Origin: an uncultured Chloroflexia bacterium
Lineage (GTDB): Bacteria > Chloroflexota > Limnocylindria > Limnocylindrales > CSP1-4
DNA length: 64,000 nucleotides
Direction of reading: 5' to 3'
NCBI GenBank assembly: GCA_963850035.1
Contig: CAWKJP010000012.1
Span: 25,199-89,198, forward strand
Part shown: piece by piece, positions 33,695 through 42,633 of the stretch
Position numbering within the stretch: position 1 is the first letter of the stretch
Layout: every line of letters begins with the position of its first letter
Notes under the pieces: generated by a model
Told to the model about the DNA's origin: nothing
Seen by the model: the letters and a program-made list of their open reading frames with translations, nothing else
Database searches by the model: none
Position numbers and translations under genes: made by a program

Positions 33695-34690
33695 GTGAAG
33701 TCGAAGCGCACACTGGCCGTCGGCGTTGCCGCACTCGGCCTGATCCTGGCGGCCTGCTCGTCGAGCGCCACCACCGCCCCGTCGGCCGCCGCCCCGTCGG
33801 CCGCGGCGGGCGCCGCGAGCCCCGCCGCCGATGCCGCCGCCTGCCAGGGCAAGACCATCGCGGTCATCGTCAAGGCCGGCACGAGCACGTACTGGAAGAC
33901 CGTCGGGACCGGCGTCGACGACGCCAAGGCCGAGTTCCCCGGTTGCACCATCACGTTCGAGGGTCCGGACGCGGAGACGAACGTCACTGCCCAGATCGCC
34001 GAGGTGGAGGCCGCCGTCGCCAAGAAGGTCGCGGCGATCGTCATCGCGGTGACCGGCGCCGACCAGGTGCTTCCCTCGCTCCAGAAGGCCGCCGACGCCG
34101 GGATCCCGATCATCCTGATCGACACGAACAAGGACTTCACCCCCAAGAAGGCGTTCGTCGGCACCGACAACGCCGCCGGCGGCGCCGCGGCGGGCGACTA
34201 CCTGGTCAAGACGGTGGGTGTCAAGACCGGCGACACCGTCCTGATCATCCGCGGACAGGCCGGCGATGCCGTCCACAACCTGCGCGAGCAGGGCGCGACC
34301 GCCCCCCTGAAGGCTGCCGGCGTGAACGTCATCGTGCAGCCGGCCGACTCCGACCGGGCGAAGGGCCAGGCCGTGATGGAGAACGTGCTCCAGGCCAACC
34401 CCAACCTCAAGGCCGTCTTCGCGACGAACGACGAGATGGCGCTCGGCGCCCTCAAGGCCGCCCAGCAGGCCAACAAGACGATCCCGATCATCGGGTTCGA
34501 TGCCAACCCGGATGCCATCGCCTCGATCGAGGCGGGCGGCCTGACCGGCTCCATCGCGCAGTTCCCCACGAAGATCGGCCAGTTCGGCGTCGAGACGGCG
34601 GTCAAGATCCTCGCCGGCGAGGCGGTGGACGCCAACGTCAACACCGGCGTCGAGCTCGTGACCAAGGACAACGTCGCGAGCTTCAAGTAG
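33695..34690 (+). CDS. sugar ABC transporter substrate-binding lipoprotein (RbsB-like)
   Basis: Signal peptide with lipobox LAAC, an Ala/Ser/Pro-rich linker, then a type-I periplasmic-binding fold (IAVIVKAGTSTYW..., IILIDTN..., FATNDEMALGA). Confidence 0.9.
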   Translation: MKSKRTLAVGVAALGLILAACSSSATTAPSAAAPSAAAGAASPAADAAACQGKTIAVIVKAGTSTYWKTVGTGVDDAKAEFPGCTITFEGPDAETNVTAQIAEVEAAVAKKVAAIVIAVTGADQVLPSLQKAADAGIPIILIDTNKDFTPKKAFVGTDNAAGGAAAGDYLVKTVGVKTGDTVLIIRGQAGDAVHNLREQGATAPLKAAGVNVIVQPADSDRAKGQAVMENVLQANPNLKAVFATNDEMALGALKAAQQANKTIPIIGFDANPDAIASIEAGGLTGSIAQFPTKIGQFGVETAVKILAGEAVDANVNTGVELVTKDNVASFK

Positions 34691-34710
34691 GCCCACGCCA
34701 CGCGGTCGCG

Positions 34711-34736
34711 GGGCGCCGGCACGCACGCCGGCGCCC
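34711..34736 (+). terminator. strong GC hairpin after the SBP gene (stabiliser or attenuating terminator; no U-tract)
   Basis: GGGCGCCGGC-acgcac-GCCGGCGCCC, a 10-bp perfect stem, 20 nt after the stop codon. Confidence 0.4.
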
Positions 34737-34766
34737 AGCGACCCCACCACCCATCGGAGGTCCAAC

Positions 34767-35783
34767 GTGTCCGCCACCATCCGGGTGGGCCTGATCGGGC
34801 TGGGCTGGCTCGGCGCACGCCACGCCCGCCACATCGCGGGGGGGCGGCCCGGGACGCGCGCCGTCCTCGCAAGCTCCGGCGAGCGGAGCCGCCACGTCGC
34901 CGAAGAGGTCGGCGCCCCGTGGACGGCCGACTGGACCGCCGTCATCGACGCTCCCGACGTGGACGTCGTCGTCGCCGCGGTCACGGCACGGCTGCACCCG
35001 GAGATCATCGAGGCCTGCGCCTCAGCCGGGAAGCCGCTCTTCGTCGAGAAGATGATCGCGCTCGACGTGCCCGCCGGCCTGCGCGCGGTCGCGGCGGCGA
35101 AGCGCGCCGGGATCCTGGTCCAGGTGGGCTTCCAGCGGCGCAGCGACGCGGCATATCTCCGCGCCCGGGCGGCCATCGAGGCGGGCGAGATCGGGACGCC
35201 CATCGCCGCCTTCAGCTGCACGCGCGATCCGCGCGGGATCTCGAGCGTGAGCGTCGACTCCGGAGGCCTGCTGATGGACCTGATGGGCCACGACTACGAC
35301 GCCTGTCGATGGCTGATCGGCGACGAGCCGGTCTCCGTGTACGCCGAGGCGCGCTGCATGGTCCAGCCGGAGCTCGAGGCGCAGGGCGACTTCGACCACG
35401 CCCGGGTCCTCGTCTCGTTCGCCGGCGGTGGGAGCGGGCTCGCTGAGGCGAGCCGGTTCGCGCGGTACGGCTATGACATCCGCGCCGAGGTGGAGGGGTC
35501 GCTCGGCGAGGTCGAGATCCTGGGCGCGGAGACGATCCCGTTCGTCGTCCGGACGGAGACGAGCGCACGCTCCGAGGTCACGCCCCGCCTCCGCGACGAC
35601 TGGTTCTGGAATCGATTCCGGGACGCGTTCGGGCGCGAGCTGGACACGTTCATCGACGCCGTCCGGGGGACGGCGTCGCCCGCCGCGACCCTCGACGACG
35701 GGCTCGCCGCGCTCCGCATCGGGGCCGCCGCGATCCGGTCGGTCGAGGAAGGCCGGCCCATCCTGCTGGAGGAACTTCCATGA
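34767..35783 (+). CDS. Gfo/Idh/MocA-family oxidoreductase (inositol dehydrogenase-like)
   Basis: N-terminal Rossmann motif VGLIGLGWLGARHA and EKM (EKP-type) motif. GTG start with GGAGG upstream. Confidence 0.82.
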   Translation: MSATIRVGLIGLGWLGARHARHIAGGRPGTRAVLASSGERSRHVAEEVGAPWTADWTAVIDAPDVDVVVAAVTARLHPEIIEACASAGKPLFVEKMIALDVPAGLRAVAAAKRAGILVQVGFQRRSDAAYLRARAAIEAGEIGTPIAAFSCTRDPRGISSVSVDSGGLLMDLMGHDYDACRWLIGDEPVSVYAEARCMVQPELEAQGDFDHARVLVSFAGGGSGLAEASRFARYGYDIRAEVEGSLGEVEILGAETIPFVVRTETSARSEVTPRLRDDWFWNRFRDAFGRELDTFIDAVRGTASPAATLDDGLAALRIGAAAIRSVEEGRPILLEELP

Positions 35784-36829
35784 GCGCCGCTCCCGGTACC
35801 CGACCCACCCCGCTCGCCGTCGCGGTCCTGGGGGCCGGCAGGATCGGCCGCAAGCACGCCGAGACGCTCGCGCACCGGGTGGAAGGCTGCCGCGTGCCGT
35901 GGATCGTGGAACCGCTCGAGGACGTCGGCCGCGCCTGCGCCGCCGACGTCGGGGCAGCCTGGACCGCCGACGCCGCCCGCGCGATCGGCGATCCGGCGGT
36001 CGACGCAGTCCTCATCGCCACGCCCACGAACACGCACGCCGGCCTCGTCGAGATGGCCGCCTCGTACGGCAAGGCGATCCTCTGCGAGAAGCCCATCGAC
36101 CTGACCATGGAGCGGACGCTCGCCGCGATCGGCGCCGCCGAGAAGGCGGGCGTGCCCCTCCAGATCGGATTCCAGCGTCGCTACGACCCCTCGTACATGC
36201 GCGCGCGCCGGATGATCGAGGAGGGCGCCGTCGGGACGGTCGAGCTCGTGACGGCCACGAGCCGCGACCCGCAGCCCGCACCGATCTCCTACCTGCGGGT
36301 CTCCGGCGGGATCTTCCGCGACTGCTCGATCCACGACTTCGACGTCGTGCGCTACCTCACCGGCCACGAGGTCGTGGAGGTCTTTGCCTACGGAGCCGCG
36401 CTGGTGGACCCGGCGATCGGCGAGATCGGCGACGCGGACACCGTGGTCGCCTCGCTGCGCTTCGACAACGGGGCGCTCGGCGTCATCACCGCCTCGCGCC
36501 GCGCCGTCTACGGCTACGACGTCAGCACCGAGGTCTTCGGCTCTGCGGGCAAGGTCGTGGTGGGGGAGTCCGCGGAGACGCTCGTGCGCCGCTACGGCAG
36601 GGACGGGGTCACGCGCGACAACATCTTCTGGTTCCTCCAGCGGTTCGAGAGCTCGTACGTGGCCGAGGTGGAGGACTTCGTCGCGTGCCTGCGCGAGGGC
36701 CGCGCTCCGCGCGTGACCGGCGAGGACGGGCGTGCCGCGCTCGCGATCGCGGACGCCGCGACGCAGTCCTTCCGGGAGGGCCGCCCGATCGCCGTGGCGA
36801 GCCGGCCCATTCCCGCGGGCGCCGTGTAG
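35780..36829 (+). CDS. iolG: inositol 2-dehydrogenase-like Gfo/Idh/MocA oxidoreductase
   Basis: VAVLGAGRIGRKHA, CEKPI, FQRRYDP and GGIFRDCSIHDFD match the IolG pattern. ATGA overlap with the previous gene. Confidence 0.78.
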   Translation: MSAAPGTRPTPLAVAVLGAGRIGRKHAETLAHRVEGCRVPWIVEPLEDVGRACAADVGAAWTADAARAIGDPAVDAVLIATPTNTHAGLVEMAASYGKAILCEKPIDLTMERTLAAIGAAEKAGVPLQIGFQRRYDPSYMRARRMIEEGAVGTVELVTATSRDPQPAPISYLRVSGGIFRDCSIHDFDVVRYLTGHEVVEVFAYGAALVDPAIGEIGDADTVVASLRFDNGALGVITASRRAVYGYDVSTEVFGSAGKVVVGESAETLVRRYGRDGVTRDNIFWFLQRFESSYVAEVEDFVACLREGRAPRVTGEDGRAALAIADAATQSFREGRPIAVASRPIPAGAV

Positions 36830-36853
36830 GGCGGCGGGGTCCGAAGGCGTCCG

Positions 36854-38812
36854 ATGCCCGGGCACGACCCCGCCCGCCCGGCGGGGGCCACGATCCGCGA
36901 CGTGGCCCGCCGCGCCGGGGTCTCGACGGCGACCGTCAGCCGCGTCCTCTCGGGGGCGTCGACGTCACGGCCGGCCACGGTCGCGGCCGTGCGGGCCGCC
37001 GCCGAGGGGCTCGACTACCGCCCGTCGAGCATCGCCCGCTCGCTCAAGACGCGACTGGCGCGCACGCTGGGCCTGATCGTGACCGACGTGCACGACCCGT
37101 TCTTCCCGGAGCTGGTCGCGGCGGTCGAGGACGCGGCCTGGGCGCACGGCCTCCGGATCATCCTGTGCAACGGCGCACGCGACCCGCGGCGCGAGGCGGA
37201 CTACCTCGCGCTCCTCCAGGACGGCCGCGTCGACGGCCTGATCGTCGCGGCCGGCCACGTGACCGACGCCTATGCCGGGCAGCTCGCGCGGTCGGCCGTC
37301 CCGGTGGTCATCGTCAACAGCGAGCGAGCCGATCTCGGCGTGCCCACGATCGGATCCGACAACCGCGGCGGGGGCCGGCTCGCCGCCGAGCACCTGCTCG
37401 GCCTCGGGCACACGCACGTCGGCATCGTGACGGGTCCGCCCGGGCGTGCCGACTCCGCCGATCGCGTGGAGGGTGCCCTCCAGGCCCTGGCCGAAGCCGG
37501 TATCGATCGGGGCGACGTCCCGGTCATCGTCGGCACGGGGACGCCCGGCGGCGGCGGGGAATCCGTCGCCGACCTGCTGGAACGGCGGCCCGATCTCACG
37601 GGCCTCGTCTGCTACAACGACATGACCGCGATCGGCGTGATCCGGGCGCTGGGGGCGGCCGGATGGCGCGTTCCCGAGCAGGTCAGCGTGGTCGGCTTCG
37701 ACGACATCGACGCCGCCGCGTGGGTAGAGCCGGCGCTCACGACCGTGGTCCAGCAGAAGGCCGAGATGGGCCGCTGGGCGGTCGGGCGGCTCGTCGAGGG
37801 CCTCACCGGTGACGAAGCCGGCGCCGGCGAGGCCGAACGTGTCGTCCTCCCCGTCTCGCTCCGCATTCGCGGCTCCACGGCGGCCCCGCGGCAGGCCGGG
37901 GCCCCCGGCTCCCCGGATGGCACGGCGGCTGCCGGACCGCCCCGTCTCCCGTGGACGTCGCGGCCGTCGCCCCTCCTGCGGCGGGCATCCCTTCCCGGCC
38001 CGGACGGCAGGATCGTCGGCGTGGAGCCGCCGCTCGCGGGCTGGTCGCACGTCGGGTTCGCGGCTCATCGGCTGGATCCCGGCCAGGCGGTCCGGGCGCC
38101 TGCCGACGACCGTGAGCGGCTCGCGCTCGTGCTCGAGGGCCGCGCGTCCGTCCGAGCCGGCCCGCACGACTTCGGGGTCGTCGGATCGCGGCGCACGGTC
38201 TTCGATGGTCCGCCCCCGCCCGTCGTGATCGTGGCGCCGGGGTTGCCGCTCGAGGTCGTCGCGGAAGGCGAGGCCCTGGTCGTCGTCGCGAGCGCCCCGG
38301 GCGGGCCGGTTCGCCGCACGGCATGCATGTCGCCGGGGGAGATCCTGGTGGAGGTCCGGGGAGCCGGGCAGACCGAGCGCCGGATCCATCACCTCCTGCC
38401 GCCCGCCGCGGAGGCCGGCCGCCTGATCGCCTTCGAGGTGTTCACCCCGGGCGGCAACTGGTCGAGCTACCCGCCGCACAAGCACGACACGGAGGATCCG
38501 CCACGGGAGGCGCGCCTCGAGGAGCTCTACTTCTACCGCTTCGCCCGGCCCGGTGGGTTCGCGTTCCAGCGGGTCTACACGCCGGACCGGTCGCTCGACG
38601 AGGTTCTCGCGCCGGGCGACGGAGACCTGGTCCTCGTGCCTGCGGGCTACCACCCGGTCGGCGCCCCGGCGGGCTACGACTGCTACTACCTCAACGTCAT
38701 GGCGGGCGAGAACCGCGCCTGGCACTTCACGGTGGACCCCGACCATGCGTGGCTCATGAACTGGGATCCGGCCGCGCCGCGGTCGTCGCAACCGGGCGAC
38801 GACCCGCGCTGA
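36854..38812 (+). CDS. iolB: single 652-codon ORF: complete LacI-family regulator (about aa 1-345) continuous with complete 5-deoxy-glucuronate isomerase IolB (about aa 375-652)
   Basis: HTH TIRDVARRAGVSTATVSRVLSG, plus a full sugar-binding domain ending VVLPVSLRIRGS. A Pro/Ala/Gly linker follows. Then AGWSHVGF...GNWSSYPPHKHD...EELYFYRF...FQRVYT...VPAGYHPV...YYLNVMAG, near-identical to IolB hallmark motifs. There is no in-frame stop between the two parts. Confidence 0.7.
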   Translation: MPGHDPARPAGATIRDVARRAGVSTATVSRVLSGASTSRPATVAAVRAAAEGLDYRPSSIARSLKTRLARTLGLIVTDVHDPFFPELVAAVEDAAWAHGLRIILCNGARDPRREADYLALLQDGRVDGLIVAAGHVTDAYAGQLARSAVPVVIVNSERADLGVPTIGSDNRGGGRLAAEHLLGLGHTHVGIVTGPPGRADSADRVEGALQALAEAGIDRGDVPVIVGTGTPGGGGESVADLLERRPDLTGLVCYNDMTAIGVIRALGAAGWRVPEQVSVVGFDDIDAAAWVEPALTTVVQQKAEMGRWAVGRLVEGLTGDEAGAGEAERVVLPVSLRIRGSTAAPRQAGAPGSPDGTAAAGPPRLPWTSRPSPLLRRASLPGPDGRIVGVEPPLAGWSHVGFAAHRLDPGQAVRAPADDRERLALVLEGRASVRAGPHDFGVVGSRRTVFDGPPPPVVIVAPGLPLEVVAEGEALVVVASAPGGPVRRTACMSPGEILVEVRGAGQTERRIHHLLPPAAEAGRLIAFEVFTPGGNWSSYPPHKHDTEDPPREARLEELYFYRFARPGGFAFQRVYTPDRSLDEVLAPGDGDLVLVPAGYHPVGAPAGYDCYYLNVMAGENRAWHFTVDPDHAWLMNWDPAAPRSSQPGDDPR

Positions 38813-38877
38813 GGCAGGGCGTCAACCCGCGCGCATGCGGCCCACCGCGTCCTCGCCGATGCGCCCCGGGCCTGCGC

Positions 38878-38883
38878 TAGAAT
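38878..38883 (+). promoter_or_regulatory. -10 hexamer TAGAAT for tRNA-Met
   Basis: TAGAAT ends 11 nt before the mature tRNA 5' end. Confidence 0.5.
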
Positions 38884-38894
38884 GGGCCGCGCGT

Positions 38895-38970
38895 GGCTGG
38901 GTAGCTCAGTTGGCAGAGCAAGCGGCTCATAATCGCTAGGTCACAGGTTCGAGTCCTGTCCCAGCTACCA
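38895..38970 (+). tRNA. tRNA-Met (anticodon CAU), elongator type, CCA encoded
   Basis: Hand-folded cloverleaf: acceptor GGCTGGG/CCCAGCT (G1-U72 wobble), D arm GCTC/GAGC, anticodon arm AGCGG-CTCATAA-TCGCT, T arm ACAGG-TTCGAGT-CCTGT, discriminator A, CCA. It resembles E. coli elongator Met. A lysidine-modified tRNA-Ile2 cannot be excluded from sequence alone. Confidence 0.9.
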
Positions 38971-38988
38971 CCGAGACGAGTGATGCGT

Positions 38989-39008
38989 GGCCGGCCCGGC
39001 GGCCGGCC
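38989..39008 (+). terminator. GC hairpin GGCCGGCC-cggc-GGCCGGCC downstream of the tRNA
   Basis: An 8-bp perfect stem 19 nt after the tRNA 3' end. There is no U-tract, so a terminator or processing role is only inferred. Confidence 0.3.
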
Positions 39009-39022
39009 GCCGCGATTCCTGC

Positions 39023-39082
39023 CCGCCGCGGTGGACATCCACCGGCTGCCGACACTCCGCCGCGGCGGACATCCGCCGGCTG
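39023..39082. repeat. two 26-nt direct repeats (34-nt period), each containing a 7-bp-arm palindrome
   Basis: CCGCCGCGGTGGACATCCACCGGCTG (39023-39048) and CCGCCGCGGCGGACATCCGCCGGCTG (39057-39082). The only two differences (T/C and A/G) fall at symmetric positions of the palindrome CGGYGGA-CA-TCCRCCG. Confidence 0.9.
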
Positions 39083-39150
39083 GCCGCCCGCGTACAACCT
39101 GCTGTACGGGACGCGACGGCGCCCGCGCGGGGGTCGGCGGAGAGGGCGGC

Positions 39151-39156
39151 TATACT
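39151..39156 (+). promoter_or_regulatory. -10 hexamer TATACT for ftsH
   Basis: Lies 52 nt upstream of the TTG start. The leader contains the hairpin at 39167-39188 and GGAGG at 39199-39203. Confidence 0.4.
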
Positions 39157-39166
39157 CAGAACCTGA

Positions 39167-39188
39167 CGTCGGCGGAGCGCCGCCGACG
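39167..39188 (+). promoter_or_regulatory. 5'-UTR hairpin CGTCGGCGG-agcg-CCGCCGACG in the ftsH leader
   Basis: A 9-bp perfect stem between the putative -10 and the SD. Confidence 0.4.
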
Positions 39189-39208
39189 CGACTGACCCGG
39201 AGGCCAGG

Positions 39209-41119
39209 TTGAACGGCAAGTTCTTCCGCAATGGCATCGTGATGCTCATCCTCGTGGTGGGCACCGTGGCGTTGCTCTACACGTTCCTCGTCTCGCCGAC
39301 GAACAACACGGCGAAGCCCTACTCGGGCTATCTCGCCGACGTACGGGCGGGCCTCGTCACCAATGTCACCCAGCAGGACCTCACGCTGACCGTCACGTCG
39401 ACGGGAAGCCCGGGGACCAAGTACACGACCGTCGTGCCCGGGATCGGCGTCCAGAGCGCGTTCCAGGACACGGTCGACGCGGCGAAGGCGGGCGGGCAGG
39501 ACCCCAACAAGATCGTCTTCACGGCGATGAAGGCCTCGGACGCGGGGCAGTGGGTCAACCTGCTGGTCGGCGCCCTCCTGCCCGTGCTCCTGATCGGCGG
39601 CTTCCTCTTCTTCATGATGCGGCAGGCCCAGGGCACGAACAACCAGGCGCTCTCGTTCGGCAAGAGCCGGGCCCGCATGTTCCTGGGCAACAAGACTGTC
39701 GTGACGTTCGCGGACGTGGCGGGCGTCGATGAGGCAAAGACCGAGCTCCAGGAGGTCGTGGAGTTCCTCAAGTACCCGGAGAAGTTCAACTCCCTCGGCG
39801 CGCGGATCCCGCGCGGCGTGCTCCTGGTGGGCCCGCCGGGAACCGGCAAGACCCTGATGGCTCGTGCCGTCGCGGGCGAGGCAGGCGTGCCGTTCTTCTC
39901 GATCTCCGGCTCGGAGTTCGTGGAGATGTTCGTGGGCGTCGGCGCCAGCCGCGTGCGCGACCTCTTCGACCAGGCCAAGCGGAATGCCCCCTGCATCGTG
40001 TTCGTGGACGAGATCGACGCGGTCGGGCGCCAGCGCGGCGCGGGTCTCGGCGGCTCGCACGACGAGCGCGAGCAGACGCTCAACCAGATCCTCGTCGAGA
40101 TGGACGGTTTCGACACCGCGACGAACGTCATCGTGGTCGCGGCGACGAACCGCCCCGACGTCCTCGACCCGGCGCTCCTGCGCCCGGGCCGGTTCGACCG
40201 CCAGGTGATCCTCGATCGCCCGGACATGAAGGGGCGCGTCGAGATCCTGCGCGTCCACTCGAAGGGCAAGCCGCTGGACAAGGCCTTCTCCGTCGAGGAG
40301 GTCGCCAAGCAGTCCCCGGGCTTCTCCGGGGCGGACCTGGCCAACCTCGTCAACGAGGCGGCGATCCTCGCCGCTCGCCGCAACAAGAAGCTGATCGGGA
40401 TGCCCGAGTTCCAGGAGGCGCTGGAGCGCATCGTGGCCGGCCCGGAGCGAAAGAGCCGGGTCATCTCGGACGCGGAGAAGCTGATCATCGCCTACCACGA
40501 GGGCGGGCACGCCGTCGTGCAGCGGATCCTGCCGAAGTGCGACCCGGTGGCGAAGGTCACGATCATCAGCCGCGGGATGGCGCTGGGCTACACCATGGCC
40601 CTCCCGTCGGAGGATCGCTACCTCCAGAGCAAGACCGAGTTCGAGGACAAGATCGCGGGCATGCTCGGCGGCAACGCGTCGGAGCGGCTCGTCTTCGGCG
40701 ACACGACCACCGGCGCGTCCAACGACATCGAGAAGGCCAGCGACCTGGCCCGGCGGATGGTCACCGAGTTCGGTATGAGCGAGAAGCTCGGCCCGCTCGC
40801 GTTCGGCAAGCACGACGAGATGGTCTTCCTGGGACGCGGCATCGGCGAGCAGCGCAACTACTCCGACGACGTCGCGCGCCAGATCGACGACGAGGTCCGG
40901 CTGATCATCGACAGCGCGTACGCCCGGGCGCAGGACGTCCTGACCCGGCATCGCGACAAGCTCGATGCGCTCGCCGCCCAGCTCGTCGAGAAGGAGACGC
41001 TCGACGCCACGGAGTTCGAGGCGCTCTTCAGCGACCTGCCGCCGAAGGAGCCGCTCCACGGCATCGTGCCGAAGCTCGAGTCGGCCGGCGTGCCTGCCGG
41101 CGCGCCCCAGCCCGCCTGA
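39209..41119 (+). CDS. ftsH: ATP-dependent zinc metalloprotease FtsH
   Basis: TTG start. Two N-terminal TM segments, AAA+ module ([17 protein letters not shown], second region of homology) and HEGGHA zinc site. Confidence 0.95.
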   Translation: MNGKFFRNGIVMLILVVGTVALLYTFLVSPTNNTAKPYSGYLADVRAGLVTNVTQQDLTLTVTSTGSPGTKYTTVVPGIGVQSAFQDTVDAAKAGGQDPNKIVFTAMKASDAGQWVNLLVGALLPVLLIGGFLFFMMRQAQGTNNQALSFGKSRARMFLGNKTVVTFADVAGVDEAKTELQEVVEFLKYPEKFNSLGARIPRGVLLVGPPGTGKTLMARAVAGEAGVPFFSISGSEFVEMFVGVGASRVRDLFDQAKRNAPCIVFVDEIDAVGRQRGAGLGGSHDEREQTLNQILVEMDGFDTATNVIVVAATNRPDVLDPALLRPGRFDRQVILDRPDMKGRVEILRVHSKGKPLDKAFSVEEVAKQSPGFSGADLANLVNEAAILAARRNKKLIGMPEFQEALERIVAGPERKSRVISDAEKLIIAYHEGGHAVVQRILPKCDPVAKVTIISRGMALGYTMALPSEDRYLQSKTEFEDKIAGMLGGNASERLVFGDTTTGASNDIEKASDLARRMVTEFGMSEKLGPLAFGKHDEMVFLGRGIGEQRNYSDDVARQIDDEVRLIIDSAYARAQDVLTRHRDKLDALAAQLVEKETLDATEFEALFSDLPPKEPLHGIVPKLESAGVPAGAPQPA

Positions 41120-41125
41120 CGAGCG

Positions 41126-42508
41126 GTGGCCGACGGGGCGCTCGAGGCTCATCTCCTCGCGACGGCTGACCGGCGTCTCGCCCGCTACCTCGACTTCCTT
41201 CGCATTCCCAGCATCAGCGGGATCCCGGCGCATGCCGGGGACTGCCGGCGGGCGGCGGAACGGCTCGCGGCCGACCTCCGCGCTGCCGGTCTCGAGAACG
41301 TTGACGTCAGCGAGACGGGCGGCCATCCGATGGTCTACGCCGACTGGCTTCACGCGTCCGGGGCACCCACCGTCCTCCTCTACGGCCACTACGACGTCCA
41401 GCCGGTCGACCCGCTCGACGAGTGGGAGGCGCCGCCGTTCGAGCCGACCGTGCGGGACGGTCGCGTCCTCGCGCGCGGCGCGTCGGATGACAAGTCGAAC
41501 ATCTCGATCGCGGTGTCGGCAGTCGAGGCGCTGCTCGCCACACGGGGCGCGCTGCCGCTCAACCTCCGGCTCGTCTTCGAGGGCGAGGAGGAGTCGAGCT
41601 CCGTCAACCTGGAGCCGTGGCTGGCCGCGAACGCGGCCCGGCTCGCGGCCGACGTGGCCCTCGTCGCGGACGCGGGCTTCTTCGCGGGCAACCTGCCCGC
41701 CATCACCGTGGGGCTTCGCGGCATGGCTGCGGCCGAGATCCACGTCCGCGGGCCGTTCCAGGACGTCCATTCGGGGTCCTTCGGGGGCGCGATCGAGAAC
41801 CCGATCAACGCGCTGGCATCGATCATCGCGGGCCTCAAGGGCCCGGACGGCCGGATCCGCGTCCCGGGCTTCTACGACGACGTGGTGGCCCTCTCGGATG
41901 CCGAGCGGGCGGCCATGGCCGCGCTCCCGTTCGACGAGGAGGCGCTCCGTGCCGAGCTGGACGTCCCGGCGCTCGTCGGCGAGTCCGGCTGGACCACGAC
42001 CGAGCGGCGCGGGGCCCGGCCCACGCTGGACGTGAACGGGATCTGGGGCGGCTTCTCCGGGGAGGGGAGCAAGACGATCATCCCGGGACGGGCCCACGCC
42101 AAGATCACGTGCCGGCTGGTCGCCGACCAGGACCCGGACCGCATCTTCGCGCTCCTCCACGACTACGTGATGCAGATCGCGCCGCCCGGCGTCCGTGTCG
42201 AGGTGGTCTCGACCGGGGGTGGGCGCCCGACCCTGACGCCGCAGGATCATCCGGCGACGCTCGCATACGCCCGGGCGCTCGAGGCTGCCTTCGGCCGCGC
42301 GCCGCTGTTCGTCCGGGAAGGGGGCTCGGTGCCCGTGGCGGCCAGCTTCGCGTCGATCCTGGGCCTGCCCGTCACGGTGATGGGGTTCATGCCGCCCACC
42401 GGCAACTTCCACGCGCCGAACGAGTGGATGGACATGGCGAACTTCGAGACCGGGATCCGGGCGCTCGCGGCCTTCTTCGACGACTACGCGGCCCATCCGG
42501 GCGGCTGA
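41126..42508 (+). CDS. M20-family dipeptidase
   Basis: LLYGHYDVQP, GASDDK and FEGEEE metal-ligand motifs, plus the dimerisation-domain layout of M20 dipeptidases. GTG start. Confidence 0.85.
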   Translation: MADGALEAHLLATADRRLARYLDFLRIPSISGIPAHAGDCRRAAERLAADLRAAGLENVDVSETGGHPMVYADWLHASGAPTVLLYGHYDVQPVDPLDEWEAPPFEPTVRDGRVLARGASDDKSNISIAVSAVEALLATRGALPLNLRLVFEGEEESSSVNLEPWLAANAARLAADVALVADAGFFAGNLPAITVGLRGMAAAEIHVRGPFQDVHSGSFGGAIENPINALASIIAGLKGPDGRIRVPGFYDDVVALSDAERAAMAALPFDEEALRAELDVPALVGESGWTTTERRGARPTLDVNGIWGGFSGEGSKTIIPGRAHAKITCRLVADQDPDRIFALLHDYVMQIAPPGVRVEVVSTGGGRPTLTPQDHPATLAYARALEAAFGRAPLFVREGGSVPVAASFASILGLPVTVMGFMPPTGNFHAPNEWMDMANFETGIRALAAFFDDYAAHPGG

Positions 42509-42570
42509 CCCGCGACCCGGAGGTCAGGGGACACGGGGCACTTCCGAGGGGTGATCCGCCAGGGGCCCGG

Positions 42571-42579
42571 TGCTACGAT
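42571..42579 (+). promoter_or_regulatory. extended -10 (TGCTACGAT) for the DnaB-C-like ATPase gene
   Basis: GGTGCTACGAT, about 55 nt upstream of GTG 42634. Confidence 0.4.
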
Positions 42580-42633
42580 GACCGGGCGGGGACGATCCCG
42601 TCTCCTCGGCATTTCCAGGAAGCGAAGGACCGC

